DNA of 64,000 bases, from the NCBI GenBank assembly GCA_000092065.1, contig CP000585.1; one strand, 5' to 3'. Of this stretch, positions 28,656 to 38,444 are shown in pieces. The stretch comes from Ostreococcus lucimarinus. Taxonomy: Eukaryota. The translations under genes were made by a program, and so were the position numbers. Positions within the stretch are counted from its first letter, which is position 1; every line of letters begins with the position of its first letter. Under the pieces are notes generated by a model. It was not told where the DNA came from and did not search any database. It was given only the letters and a program-made list of their open reading frames with translations.

Positions 28656-30083
28656 ATGGCGCGCGCGAGCGACGACGACGCGCGCGACCGGCGTCGCTCG
28701 TTTCGGTGTCGCGACGTCGTCGACGCCGTCGTCGACGGCGACGACGGCGCGCGCGCGCGCGTCGTCAACGTGAACGGCGTCGCGCGCGTCGAGGTGTCGT
28801 CGCGCGCGGGCGCGGGCGCGCGCGCGGGGCGGGTGGGACCGGTGGACGCGCTGCGCGCGGCGTGCGCGTGCGCGACGGCGGCGACGTTCGAGTCGAGGAA
28901 CGCGCGCGAGGCGGCGGAGGGCGCGCGCGCGGTGCGAGCGATGCTCGCGCTGGTGCGAATGGTGTGCGAACGGCGGGCGACGCGGGACGAGGCGATCGAG
29001 CGAGGGGTGATGCGACGGACGTCGACGGCGGCGCGGGGCGTCGGCGCGAGCCTGGCGGCGCACGCGCGGGCGAGGAGGGGAAGGGGGGTCGGCGCGGTGT
29101 TCGCGTCGTGGTGCGCGACGAGGGACATCGGGGACGTGACGGCGATCGTGCGATCGCTGGTGGAGGCGTACGGGAGCGCGACGGCGCCGATGCTGACGAT
29201 GTTCCCGAGCGAGGGCGACGACGGCGCGGGCGGTTTCGTCGAGGAGGATCCGGTGGGGGATTACCTGAGCGTCATCGCCGCGGCGTCGGATTGCACGGAG
29301 GACGTGGAGTATCGCATGGCGTGTTTGCGGTGGTTCGCGCGCGCGTGGTTCGACGAAGCGTCGACGAAGTCGTCGTCGAGACCCACGAGGCGAGACGCGT
29401 TGAACGCGGTGGCGGTGCTCGACGGAGCGACGCGCGCGCTGGAGAAGCACCTCGCGAGCGACGGCGATCGCAACGCCATGGATGGTTTGGAGAAACACGT
29501 CGTCGTCATCGCCGAGATGCTTCGCTTCATCGCCCTCGATGACGCTATCGATGATTATTTCGACAAAGACGTTCTGGGCGAGCGTTCGCTGCTCGGCGCG
29601 ATCGAGTCGATTTGCCGTATCACGCGCTCAGTTCTATCTCTGTACACGAAAAGCGCGTCGGGCGACGTCAATGAGTCGTTGGCGATCATGCTGGTGTACC
29701 TGTTGGAAATCGTCGAGCTGTTTACGGCGGACACCAATGCGTACGAAGACATCGGCACCCTTCTCAGAGCCGACATCGTCGCCATCTTTTCGATGCCGCG
29801 CGCCAAGTTCATCCAGTTGTGGTCCCCGCATGGCGACATCGGTTCTCGGGTGACTCGACACCTTCTCGTCGAGTCTCACGCGAACACACCGGCGCACACG
29901 CTGTCCTTGTTCCGCATCGTCGGCAACTTTCACGACGTCGATCTAGGACTGGTGGAAACGAGCGTCGCCCTAGAAAACTTGCTGACGCTTCGTACGACGC
30001 TCGAAGGAGAGGTCGGGGCAAAGGCGCCGACGCAGGAAGAGATGGATAATTTCGCGCTAGCCATTCAAGCGTGGACGCGTTAG
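28656..30083 (+). CDS. Hypothetical alpha-helical protein, no family recognised
   Basis: The non-low-complexity region runs from ~28900 to 30083 (MLALVRMVCERRATRDEAIERGVMRR...LRWFARAWFDEAS...HVVVIAEMLRFIALDDAIDDYFDKDVLGERSLLGAIESICRI...). Candidate ATG at 28656. Confidence 0.45.
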   Translation: MARASDDDARDRRRSFRCRDVVDAVVDGDDGARARVVNVNGVARVEVSSRAGAGARAGRVGPVDALRAACACATAATFESRNAREAAEGARAVRAMLALVRMVCERRATRDEAIERGVMRRTSTAARGVGASLAAHARARRGRGVGAVFASWCATRDIGDVTAIVRSLVEAYGSATAPMLTMFPSEGDDGAGGFVEEDPVGDYLSVIAAASDCTEDVEYRMACLRWFARAWFDEASTKSSSRPTRRDALNAVAVLDGATRALEKHLASDGDRNAMDGLEKHVVVIAEMLRFIALDDAIDDYFDKDVLGERSLLGAIESICRITRSVLSLYTKSASGDVNESLAIMLVYLLEIVELFTADTNAYEDIGTLLRADIVAIFSMPRAKFIQLWSPHGDIGSRVTRHLLVESHANTPAHTLSLFRIVGNFHDVDLGLVETSVALENLLTLRTTLEGEVGAKAPTQEEMDNFALAIQAWTR

Positions 30084-30124
30084 AGTTTAGTTACAAGTGT
30101 CCGAGTTTTAGTGTACAAACAGCA

Positions 30125-31936
30125 TCACCGCCCCTGTTGGCTTTGAACGGCGTCGCTTGTGGCGCCGCCCGGTGGCGCCGCCGTCACGCCCCAGACGCCG
30201 CGACGAGGCGCGGATGCGTCGAGCGTGCGTTTTGTGTCCCAGTCCTCAGTCGTCCACTCGCCCATGCGATCGCGATTCAGATGCGCCTCCCAACTCCCGC
30301 CGTCGGCGAAACCGTATTGATGGACGACGTCGCGCTCATCCGCGTTGGAATCGAGCTTATACTCGACCGGACCTTCACCGCGAAAGAAATCAGGAAACAA
30401 TGCGAGAAGTGACTTGTCCGTCGCCGTCACTTCATTCGAATCGGTGGCTGGAACTCGCTCGCTCCGCGCGCACTCTTTTTCGAAAAAGGCTCTGTACTCG
30501 TCTCGCCACGCGTCCGCCCCCTTCTCCTTCGCCTGCTCGTGAACGCGCGCGAAAGCCTTTTCGAGCTCTTCTAGTGCTAATCCCGGATGGTCGATCTCCC
30601 AAAATTCTTTGCGCGGCTCACCGGCGACGTCCATTTTCATCGCCTCAACCCCACGCATGGCTTCTTCGTTGAGCGAGTCCGTCGACGCCTTGATGGACTC
30701 CGTCGCAAGCGTGCTCGACGCGAAGTAGCGATGGGCGAGGATCTCCTCGCACGATGCCCGCATCGATGGATCGAACTGAAGCATGCGACGAAGTAAGTCA
30801 CGCGCGTCGGCGTCGACGCCGTGATGAAAAAGAGTGTCTAACGAGCCAGCTCGTCCCGGGAGCGATCGCAGATACTCGCGCCAATGTGACGGCTTGATGC
30901 GCTCTATTTCCGCCCAACCCGGAGTGCCGATGACGTTGAACAGAGTGTCGAGCTGCGACCTTCTCTGCTCGGCACTTTCATCGCAGTTGTTGTCATCGTA
31001 TTGCTCACCAGTCGGCGGCGACGCCAGTGCGGTGTCTTCAAACGAAAACAGCGGCTTCACCGTCAATTTTTGATTCAACGCTCCCAAATTCGATGACACT
31101 TGCCTCTGCAACAGCTCGGCGAAAATGCATCCCAACGCCCACACGTCGACCGCACCAGTGTAAGCTATACCTCCCATGATGACCTCAGGCGCGCGATAAC
31201 ACGGCGTCATCACGAACTTAGTGAGCGCCCCGTCGTCTACGCGTGCGCTCAAAGCGCTCGTCGCCATTCGCCGTCGCTTGGGCCCGCAGTTCGCCTCCGT
31301 CTCGTCCTCCAGCGCCCCTCCCATCGCCCCTCGCGCGCTGCCAAAGTCACACAGCTTGATCACTCGCCCCCCGTGTCGATGTTTTCCCAACAGCGTGTTC
31401 GCGCTCTTGATATCTCTATGCCAAATTCCAACCGAGTGCAAGTATCGCGTCGCCTCGCACGCTTGCTGCATCAATCCCACGACCTCCTTCGCGCTCAACT
31501 GCCCTCGCAGCGCGAATATATCCCCACCTTCCGCGTATTCAAAGCTCAAATACACATCTATAGACACCGCCTTGAGCTTCATCGTCGTCGCGTCCAACTT
31601 CTTCGCCCCCTCGTCGCTTTCCTCGTAAAACGCTCGTCGCAGCGTGCACACGTTGGGATGATTCGTCCTGCGCAGCGCGACGATTTCCCGCAGCACCTTC
31701 CTCGCGTCTCGTTCCGAGTGCAGCACGTTTGAAATGCGTTTCACCGCCGCCCTGACGCCGCCGTGCGTCGCGTCTCGCGCTTCGCACACCGCGCCAAAGC
31801 TCCCGACGCCCAACAACCGCGTCAACTCGTAACGGTGCCCGACGCGCCACGTCTCCGTCACCGCTCGCCCGCCGCCCGCGTCGACGTGGGTGACGTAATA
31901 CGTCCCATCGTCACCGCGCGCGATCGCGCCCGTCAT
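30125..31936 (-). CDS. CMGC-group Ser/Thr protein kinase (MAPK/CDK-like) with a long activation-loop insert and a ~300-aa C-terminal extension
   Basis: GVGSFGAVCEA...AVKRI, HRDIKSANTLL, KLCDFGSAR, then a ~40-aa insert before TKFVMTPCYRAPEV and DVWALGCIFAELL. ATG at 31936 (MTGAIARGDDG...). Confidence 0.8.
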   Translation of the reverse strand: MTGAIARGDDGTYYVTHVDAGGGRAVTETWRVGHRYELTRLLGVGSFGAVCEARDATHGGVRAAVKRISNVLHSERDARKVLREIVALRRTNHPNVCTLRRAFYEESDEGAKKLDATTMKLKAVSIDVYLSFEYAEGGDIFALRGQLSAKEVVGLMQQACEATRYLHSVGIWHRDIKSANTLLGKHRHGGRVIKLCDFGSARGAMGGALEDETEANCGPKRRRMATSALSARVDDGALTKFVMTPCYRAPEVIMGGIAYTGAVDVWALGCIFAELLQRQVSSNLGALNQKLTVKPLFSFEDTALASPPTGEQYDDNNCDESAEQRRSQLDTLFNVIGTPGWAEIERIKPSHWREYLRSLPGRAGSLDTLFHHGVDADARDLLRRMLQFDPSMRASCEEILAHRYFASSTLATESIKASTDSLNEEAMRGVEAMKMDVAGEPRKEFWEIDHPGLALEELEKAFARVHEQAKEKGADAWRDEYRAFFEKECARSERVPATDSNEVTATDKSLLALFPDFFRGEGPVEYKLDSNADERDVVHQYGFADGGSWEAHLNRDRMGEWTTEDWDTKRTLDASAPRRGVWGVTAAPPGGATSDAVQSQQGR

Positions 31937-32101
31937 CGCGCGCGCGGCGTCGCGGCGCGCGGCGTCGAATGAGAAGAGCGCTTCGGCCCGTTCGCGACAT
32001 CCGTCGAGCCCGTCGCCGATCGACGTCACACGCCGCCTCGCGCGCGCCGCGACGGCTCCGACGCGCGACGCGCGGCTCGAACGACGCGCGGTCGTCGCGC
32101 G
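31937..32101. promoter_or_regulatory. 165-bp bidirectional promoter between the kinase (-) and the nucleoporin (+)
   Basis: Head-to-head ATGs at 31936 and 32102. Confidence 0.4.
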
Positions 32102-35100
32102 ATGGCGCGCGCGCGACGCGGCGACGACGGCGAGCCGCGCGTCGGCGCGCTCGTGTTCGCGACGGTCGGGAGCGCGCGCGTCGGCGCGGACGACGATGAG
32201 ATCGCGCGCGCGGGACACGCGAACGCGCTGGCGGTGAGCGGAAAGTACGGATACCTGGTGCACGCGCGCGGAACGACGGCGCGCGTGCTCAGGACGAGCG
32301 AGGTGGCGCGCGAGGTTGAGGGTTGGCGCGCGAGAGAGGCGCCGGCGAGCGAACGGCGACTCGATGGTGATTGCGTCGACGCGTGCGCGCGATCGGACGG
32401 TGGAGACGTGATTGAAATCGTCAGCATGACGCCGGATGAACGCGCGTTCGCGACGTGCGATCGGCGCGGGCGCGTGGAGTTTTACGCGGCGAAGGATTCG
32501 AGCGACGGTAAGGCGAGAGGGGAAAAGTTTGGAGAGATGACGCTCGAGGCGCCGGTGCGGGCGGTGAAGTGGTGCGCGAATAGCGCGTCGTTTATCGCTT
32601 TGACGGGAGATGCGTTGATGTACGTTGAGGCGGTGGGGAAGGAGCCGAAGGAGATTGCGACGAACGTGACGTGCGTGAGCGCGCGAGCGAACGGGACGCT
32701 GGCGTGGGCGAGCGGTAACGTTATTTCAATCGCGTCGAGCGTTGATCCCGCGCAAACGGTGAAGGAAACGATCGAAATCAGTCCATTTCACGATCCCGAG
32801 GATTCGGTGGAAATTGACGGGGTGTACGTGCACAGCGCTGACAAGATTTTGTTCACCTCGAGAAGCGTCGAAGATCCCGCCGACTGCTCCTTGGCCGTGC
32901 TCAAGAAGGTCGATGGGAACTGGGTGTGCACGCGCCTCGAATCCGCATTCGACATCGATTCCGAAGTTGTTGATTTGACTGGTCCAGTACTTGATGCGAG
33001 CGCGTTCAGTCCGTGGAATGTGGTGTTCGCGACGCATCGAAAAGCTTGGGACAACCAGCTGTTGACTCTTCAAATAACGCGCGACGCGGATCCTTGCGTG
33101 CTCGAAGTCGAAGACGACAGATGCAGCGCTTCGGTGCCGATGACTGAGGACGACGAAAACAACTACGTCACGGGCTTAGGATTAGACTTGACTGGCGCGG
33201 GTGGAACCATGCTCAACCCGCAGGATAAAAGCGCGCCCGAGTTGGCGAAAGGACCAGCGATTGTTTTCAGCACCACAGATGGAAGAATTACGATTCTGAA
33301 ATGTGCGAACTTGGACACCGAGGAAGCGCGAATCGGAGCGCAGTCGATACAGACGCAGCTGACGCTACCGACGGATTCGCCGCCGGCGATGATTCAAGCA
33401 GGGTCGTCTCCAACGCTCACACCTGCAAAGCCTTCTTTCGGCTTCGGTTCGGCGCCACCGGCGACTCCAACGTTGGCTTTCACGGCCAGTTCGCCTGCCG
33501 CTACGGCGGCGAGCACGCCGGCGTTTAGCTTTAAGCCCACTGAAACGTCCGCGACACCGGTGGCTTCGACACCAACCTTTAGTTTCAAGCCGCCGGAAGC
33601 GACTGCAACGCCTCCTCCAGCGTCCACACCTGCGTTCAGCTTTAAGCCCGCCGAGGCGGCATCGACGCCGGCGTTCAGCTTTAAGCCCGCTGAGGCGGCA
33701 TCGACGCCGGCGTTCAGCTTTAAGCCCGCTGAGGCGGCATCGACGCCGGCGTTCAGCTTTAAGCCCGCTGAGGCGGCATCGACGCCACCCCCAGCTTCGA
33801 CGTCGGCGTTCAGCTTTAAGCCGCCAGAACCAGCGAAGACGCCACTTGCGTCGTCAACGCCAGCGTTCAGCTTCAAGTCGCCCGAACCTTTGGCTTTTCC
33901 GACCGCGTCTCCTGCGTCCGCGCCGGCGTTCAGCTTTAAGTCGCCCGAGCCAGCCAAACCACCGGTGTCTCCGACGCCAGTGGTGTCTCAGCCGACGTCT
34001 TCTCCCAAGCCTATCGAAACGGTAAAACCAATCGAGAGCGTGAGTTTACAGTCTGTCGCTCCGACGCCACCGCGAACGACACCACCGCCGAAACCGGCGA
34101 CGCAGTCCGCGGCCGCACCGCAATCGCCAGTCGAGAAAGGCATGGAACTTCTCAAGCGGTTGAGCATCGGGGAAATCGACGTAGACACGGCACAGCTCGA
34201 GCTTAAAGGATTGATTTTGGATAGCACACCGACAAAGAGCACAAAAAAAGACTGGAGCGTATCTATGGCTAAGTTTACGCCGATCGATACCACGCGTTCA
34301 CCTGGCGTAAACTTGCAAAGCTCTCCGCTTCCTTCCTGGGGCAAGAAATTAGAAGACATTAGGCGATCGAAGGAGCAAGCGAGCTCGGAGGCGGACGGCC
34401 TTAAGGCGATAGAAGACGATATGGCTTCTGTGATCGCCGAAGTAGGTGCCATGCTTGAGGATGTCACGAGCGTGACAAAATCTTTAAGCGGCGAAATCAG
34501 TGATGGTTTGATGCCAGGAAAAGCAGACATTGCCAAGATTGAACAGTCGTCGGCGTCTGCGAAGACGACCATCGAATCGTTGTTGGACGGGAGCAATCAG
34601 TTGCGCAGTCGACTCAATGAGTTGTGGGCCGCAAACGCTTCGGACGAAACATTGCGAAGCGAGCTAGAGAGCTTGATTTCGGCGGCGTGTGAAGAAATCG
34701 ATGAGAACTCAAACGTCGACGATACGCGGGAACTCAGTCCTGCATTGAAGGATGTCCAGGACAACATGCACAAAGACATGCGTACGGTGCTAGAGATGGC
34801 GGCGGATCTCGAGGCCTCAGTTGAAAGACTAGAAGCCGCCAAGAGAGAAGCCAATCGCCCTAAGCCGAAAACAATTATTCGTAGTGGATTGATAGCATCA
34901 AAGGTAGACACCTCCGCGAGTTTCACCGCGCAGATGAACGGCATTGTGAAAGCCATTAACACGCAAGCCGCGGTGATTGAGGCGCAAGCTGAAAAGTTGG
35001 ATACACTTCTGGCGCGCGTTCAAGAAGAGGACGCGCCGCGCGTATCGAAGATTAAGAGCACATTACCAAAGGAAAACACGCCGCCGATACCGGCGAAACC

Positions 35101-37513
35101 GCTGAACGTAACCGCGAAGAAAGCTGTTGAGCCCGAGCGCTCAGCGGAACCCTTGATGCTCAAAACTCCCGTGAGTAAGATAGTGGTTGCGGATGAGGGT
35201 TTGGGGGACGACTTGGAAACTGTCATCATGTCGAGAATCGCGTCGACAAGAATCACGACGGTGAAGAAAACGACTCCACCTAAACCGAAGCAAATTTCGC
35301 CGATCAAACCTGCTGCGATTGAAAAGAAACCAGCACCCCTAGCGGCGTCGCAACCGGAGTTAGCAAAACCGTCGGCACCGGCGATGAGCTTTGGCGCCGA
35401 TTTCTTGGCCAAATCTCAACAAGATTACGCCGCGGCTCAAAAGGCGTTGGATGAAGATTTGAAGAAAGCAACGACACCGACGGAGTCGAAACCGGCATTC
35501 AGTTTCGCCGCAACGCCCGCAACGAAGCCAGCCGAGACCGAGTCAAAGCCGGCGTTCACGTTCGCTCCGCCGGCGGCGAAACCGTCACCGTCTACCGAGT
35601 CTAAATCTGCATTCACGTTTGCTCCTCCATCAGCAAGCTCGAGCGCAACGGAATCGAAGTCGGCGAGTGCGGCAGCGCCGACGATGAGTTTCAGCGCTGA
35701 CTTTCTCGCCAAGGCGAACAGTGGGTATCAGAAAGCCCAAACTGCGCTTGAAGAAGAGCTCAAGGGTGAAAAAGTGGAGGAGAAGAAGTCAGAGGCAAAG
35801 TTTAGTTTCGGTATCCCTGCGAGCGCACCCACGTCGACTTCGACGTCTGCAGCGACACCGGTAAGCGGTGGATTTGGTTCGAGTGCTCCCGCGTCGAAGC
35901 CCGCTGGTGGATTTTCTTTCGGTACACCGGCGAAGGCCACGGCAGATTCAAAGTCTGAACTCGCGAGTGCGCCCGCGTTTAGCTTTGGTGCGAAGCCAGC
36001 CGAAATAAAACCGGCCGGCGACGTTAAATCAAAGGAAGTACCAGAAGAAGAATCAAAGAAGGAAGAATCAAAGGAGGCAACTACGCCCGTTGCGGCGCCA
36101 CCCATGAGTTTCAGTGCGGACTTTTTGGCCAAGGCAAACAAAGGGTATGCTGCGGCGCAAGCGGCGCTAGAGGACGACCTTGCAAAGGCGACACCCCCGC
36201 CTGGTACGCCGCCAGCGAGCGCGGCGAGTGCGTCGCCAGAGAAGCCGCTTAGCTTTACTGCCGCGACGCCGTCGCCAGCACCCAAATTCGGAATTACCGC
36301 AGCGTCGAGCTCGGCGAGCTTAGCCACGGAAGTCGCGCCTTCGAAACCTACATTTGGGTCGTCTGCGAGTTCAGCCGCGACTACAACGACTGGTATATCA
36401 TCTGGCTTTGGGAGTTTCGGTTTCGGCAGTTCTACGAATTCTGCTTCAAGTGGCGGAGCAGGCGCGTTTGGGTCTACCAGTCCAGCCGCAGCCGCGGCGT
36501 CCGCACCAGTGTTCGGTGCTTCGACCTCTACAAGCTCGCAAAGTGCGCCCGCATTCGGTGCTTCCAGTGCATTCGGTGCTGCAACCACGTCGAGCTTCGG
36601 TGCAGCGCCGGCGACGAGCGCGCCGGCGTTTGGAGCAGCGCCGGCGACGTCGGGCGGTTTTGGTAAATCTTCTGGTTTCGGTGCTGCGGCAACGACGAGT
36701 GCACCCGCATTTGGGGCACCTTCGGCATTTGGTGCCGCGACAACGACAAGTTCACCTGCATTCGGAGCACCTTCAGCGTTCGGTGCCGCGACAACGACGA
36801 GCACGCCTGCGTTTGGCGCACCCTCTGCGTTCGGTGCCGCGACAACGACTAGCGCCCCGGCTTTCGGTGCGCCTTCTGCCTTTGGTGCTGCGGCGGCGGC
36901 TTCCACGCCAACAGCATTCGGAGCTGCAGCCACAGGAGCGAGTGGCTTTGCGGCGGTGGCGAGCAGCCCATCTCCCTTCGGCGCCGCGGCAACCGCGAGT
37001 GGGGGATTCGGCGCCGCCGCGACGCAAGCGACGACTGGCTTCGGTGCGGCGGCGGCGCAAAACTCCAACGGATTCGGTGGTTTCGGTCAATCTACGGGAG
37101 GTTTCGGTGCGGCGGCGACGCAAGCGACGACTGGTTTCGGTGCGGCGGCGACGCAAGCGACGACTGGTTTCGGTGCGGCGGCGACGCAAGCGACGACTGG
37201 TTTCGGTGCGGCGGCGGCACAAAGCTCGAGTGGCTTTGGCGGTGGGTTCGGCCAGCCCACGGCGTCGAGTGGCTTTGGCCAGCCCGCGGCGTCGAGTGGC
37301 TTTGGCCAGCCCGCGGCGTCGAGTGGCTTTGGCCAGCCAGCGTCTCCCGGCTTCGGCGCGGCCGCTCAAACTTCCGCCTTCGGCGGCGGATTTGGTCAAC
37401 CTGCATCGGCCGGCGGTTTCGGCCAGCCATCATCTCCGAGCGGGTTCGGACAACCGCAACAACAATCCGGTTTCGGCGCTCAAAATCCAGCGTTCACTCA
37501 AATGCGACGTTAA
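32102..37513 (+). CDS. NUP214: FG-repeat nucleoporin, Nup214/Nup159-like: an N-terminal beta-propeller-like region, a central coiled coil and a C-terminal FG/GFG/FSF repeat region. 1803 aa.
   Basis: There are more than 40 FG-type motifs (PAFSFKP, SFGA, FGAxxxT, GFGQP, FGAAATQATTG). A coiled-coil segment spans ~34300-35050. The FG nucleoporin-type domain order (propeller - coil - FG) is clear. Confidence 0.8.
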   Translation: MARARRGDDGEPRVGALVFATVGSARVGADDDEIARAGHANALAVSGKYGYLVHARGTTARVLRTSEVAREVEGWRAREAPASERRLDGDCVDACARSDGGDVIEIVSMTPDERAFATCDRRGRVEFYAAKDSSDGKARGEKFGEMTLEAPVRAVKWCANSASFIALTGDALMYVEAVGKEPKEIATNVTCVSARANGTLAWASGNVISIASSVDPAQTVKETIEISPFHDPEDSVEIDGVYVHSADKILFTSRSVEDPADCSLAVLKKVDGNWVCTRLESAFDIDSEVVDLTGPVLDASAFSPWNVVFATHRKAWDNQLLTLQITRDADPCVLEVEDDRCSASVPMTEDDENNYVTGLGLDLTGAGGTMLNPQDKSAPELAKGPAIVFSTTDGRITILKCANLDTEEARIGAQSIQTQLTLPTDSPPAMIQAGSSPTLTPAKPSFGFGSAPPATPTLAFTASSPAATAASTPAFSFKPTETSATPVASTPTFSFKPPEATATPPPASTPAFSFKPAEAASTPAFSFKPAEAASTPAFSFKPAEAASTPAFSFKPAEAASTPPPASTSAFSFKPPEPAKTPLASSTPAFSFKSPEPLAFPTASPASAPAFSFKSPEPAKPPVSPTPVVSQPTSSPKPIETVKPIESVSLQSVAPTPPRTTPPPKPATQSAAAPQSPVEKGMELLKRLSIGEIDVDTAQLELKGLILDSTPTKSTKKDWSVSMAKFTPIDTTRSPGVNLQSSPLPSWGKKLEDIRRSKEQASSEADGLKAIEDDMASVIAEVGAMLEDVTSVTKSLSGEISDGLMPGKADIAKIEQSSASAKTTIESLLDGSNQLRSRLNELWAANASDETLRSELESLISAACEEIDENSNVDDTRELSPALKDVQDNMHKDMRTVLEMAADLEASVERLEAAKREANRPKPKTIIRSGLIASKVDTSASFTAQMNGIVKAINTQAAVIEAQAEKLDTLLARVQEEDAPRVSKIKSTLPKENTPPIPAKPLNVTAKKAVEPERSAEPLMLKTPVSKIVVADEGLGDDLETVIMSRIASTRITTVKKTTPPKPKQISPIKPAAIEKKPAPLAASQPELAKPSAPAMSFGADFLAKSQQDYAAAQKALDEDLKKATTPTESKPAFSFAATPATKPAETESKPAFTFAPPAAKPSPSTESKSAFTFAPPSASSSATESKSASAAAPTMSFSADFLAKANSGYQKAQTALEEELKGEKVEEKKSEAKFSFGIPASAPTSTSTSAATPVSGGFGSSAPASKPAGGFSFGTPAKATADSKSELASAPAFSFGAKPAEIKPAGDVKSKEVPEEESKKEESKEATTPVAAPPMSFSADFLAKANKGYAAAQAALEDDLAKATPPPGTPPASAASASPEKPLSFTAATPSPAPKFGITAASSSASLATEVAPSKPTFGSSASSAATTTTGISSGFGSFGFGSSTNSASSGGAGAFGSTSPAAAAASAPVFGASTSTSSQSAPAFGASSAFGAATTSSFGAAPATSAPAFGAAPATSGGFGKSSGFGAAATTSAPAFGAPSAFGAATTTSSPAFGAPSAFGAATTTSTPAFGAPSAFGAATTTSAPAFGAPSAFGAAAAASTPTAFGAAATGASGFAAVASSPSPFGAAATASGGFGAAATQATTGFGAAAAQNSNGFGGFGQSTGGFGAAATQATTGFGAAATQATTGFGAAATQATTGFGAAAAQSSSGFGGGFGQPTASSGFGQPAASSGFGQPAASSGFGQPASPGFGAAAQTSAFGGGFGQPASAGGFGQPSSPSGFGQPQQQSGFGAQNPAFTQMRR
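33632..33790 (+). repeat. Perfect tandem repeat of a 39-nt unit, gcgttcagctttaagcccgctgaggcggcatcgacgccg, ~4 copies. It encodes (PAFSFKPAEAAST)4 in the nucleoporin.
   Basis: Direct reading; copies 2-4 are identical at the nucleotide level. Confidence 0.85.
37102..37220 (+). repeat. Tandem repeat of a 33-nt unit, tttcggtgcggcggcgacgcaagcgacgactgg, 3 perfect copies plus a diverged one. It encodes (FGAAATQATTG)n.
   Basis: Direct reading of 37081-37230. Confidence 0.85.
37244..37345 (+). repeat. Tandem repeat of a 27-nt unit, ggctttggccagcccgcggcgtcgagt, ~3.7 copies. It encodes (GFGQPAASS)n.
   Basis: Direct reading of 37241-37350. Confidence 0.8.
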
Positions 37514-37632
37514 AAAGTTCTCACCGTAGAAGGAAAAAAAGTGACATCACATCGACGACACAAATCACGACCGCGTCTCGCGACACTCGCCCGCGCGCAC
37601 TCGCGTCGAATCGAAAGCGCGAAACGCCTCGC

Positions 37633-38391
37633 ATGCGCCCGTCTGCGCTCGCACGCCAAACCCTCCACGCGCCCGCGCGTCGCGTCTGTCGGCCGCGCGA
37701 CGGTCCCGCGTCGTCACCGCGCATGACGTCACGCATCGCGCGCGCCGTCGCGCCCGCGGACATCGATCTCCCCAACCCGGCGGCGATATACGACGTGTGC
37801 GACGAAGAATCCATGCTCTACGGCCCCGCGAACACGTTCGCCATCAAACCGGATGATCTCATCGTGCGATGCAAGACGGTGCTCAAGAATGGCTTCGCGA
37901 ACATCGCGGGTGATTTGGCGGAAGATTTTCAATTCATTGGCCCCGTGGTCGGACCGCTTCCGGCGAAGGCGTTCGTGAAAGCGGTCGGGGGATTCGATCT
38001 CACGCAAGGATTCCCGGACATGAAGAGTAATTATTACCATTTCCGAGTCGACCCGTACGAGACGAATCGGGTTTGGTTCACGAACCGAACGACGGGGACG
38101 CACACGGGAAAGCTCGCGGGACGATTCGAAGCGACGGGGACGCGGGTGGAATGCCCGCCGCAGGCGCTGTCGATGACGTTTAATGCGGAAGGGAAGGTGA
38201 CGAAGATCACGGTTGGAGTGGTGATGGACCGCACGCTCGGTAATACGGGCGGGCTCGGTGGCGTATTTGGGTTGTTCAACGCCATCGGCTCGCCTTTGCC
38301 GTTCCCGGAGGCGCGACCTTGGAAGATGAGCAAGCGTTACCGATTGTTCCAATGGATCGGGAGGCTCGCGAGTCGCGGGAACGACGATTAG
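37633..38391 (+). CDS. Hypothetical protein with an organelle-type presequence; function unknown
   Basis: ATG at 37633, with an alternative at 37723. The conserved-looking body is IYDVCDEESMLYGPANTFAIKPDDLIVRCKTVLKNGFANIAGDLAEDFQFIGPVVGPL...RVDPYETNRVWFTNRTTGTHTGKLAGRFEATGTRVECPPQALSMTFNAEGKVTKITVGVVMDR. I recognised no family. Confidence 0.45.
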   Translation: MRPSALARQTLHAPARRVCRPRDGPASSPRMTSRIARAVAPADIDLPNPAAIYDVCDEESMLYGPANTFAIKPDDLIVRCKTVLKNGFANIAGDLAEDFQFIGPVVGPLPAKAFVKAVGGFDLTQGFPDMKSNYYHFRVDPYETNRVWFTNRTTGTHTGKLAGRFEATGTRVECPPQALSMTFNAEGKVTKITVGVVMDRTLGNTGGLGGVFGLFNAIGSPLPFPEARPWKMSKRYRLFQWIGRLASRGNDD

Positions 38392-38444
38392 ACACAAAAT
38401 TGAATTATTTAAATACAACAACGCCGCAAAGAATTGATTTACTT

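Noticed and set aside
33480-37513. Regularly spaced direct repeats, considered as a possible CRISPR-like array
   Set aside because: The repeats are in-frame, abut one another without spacers, and encode FG-nucleoporin peptide repeats on a eukaryotic chromosome.
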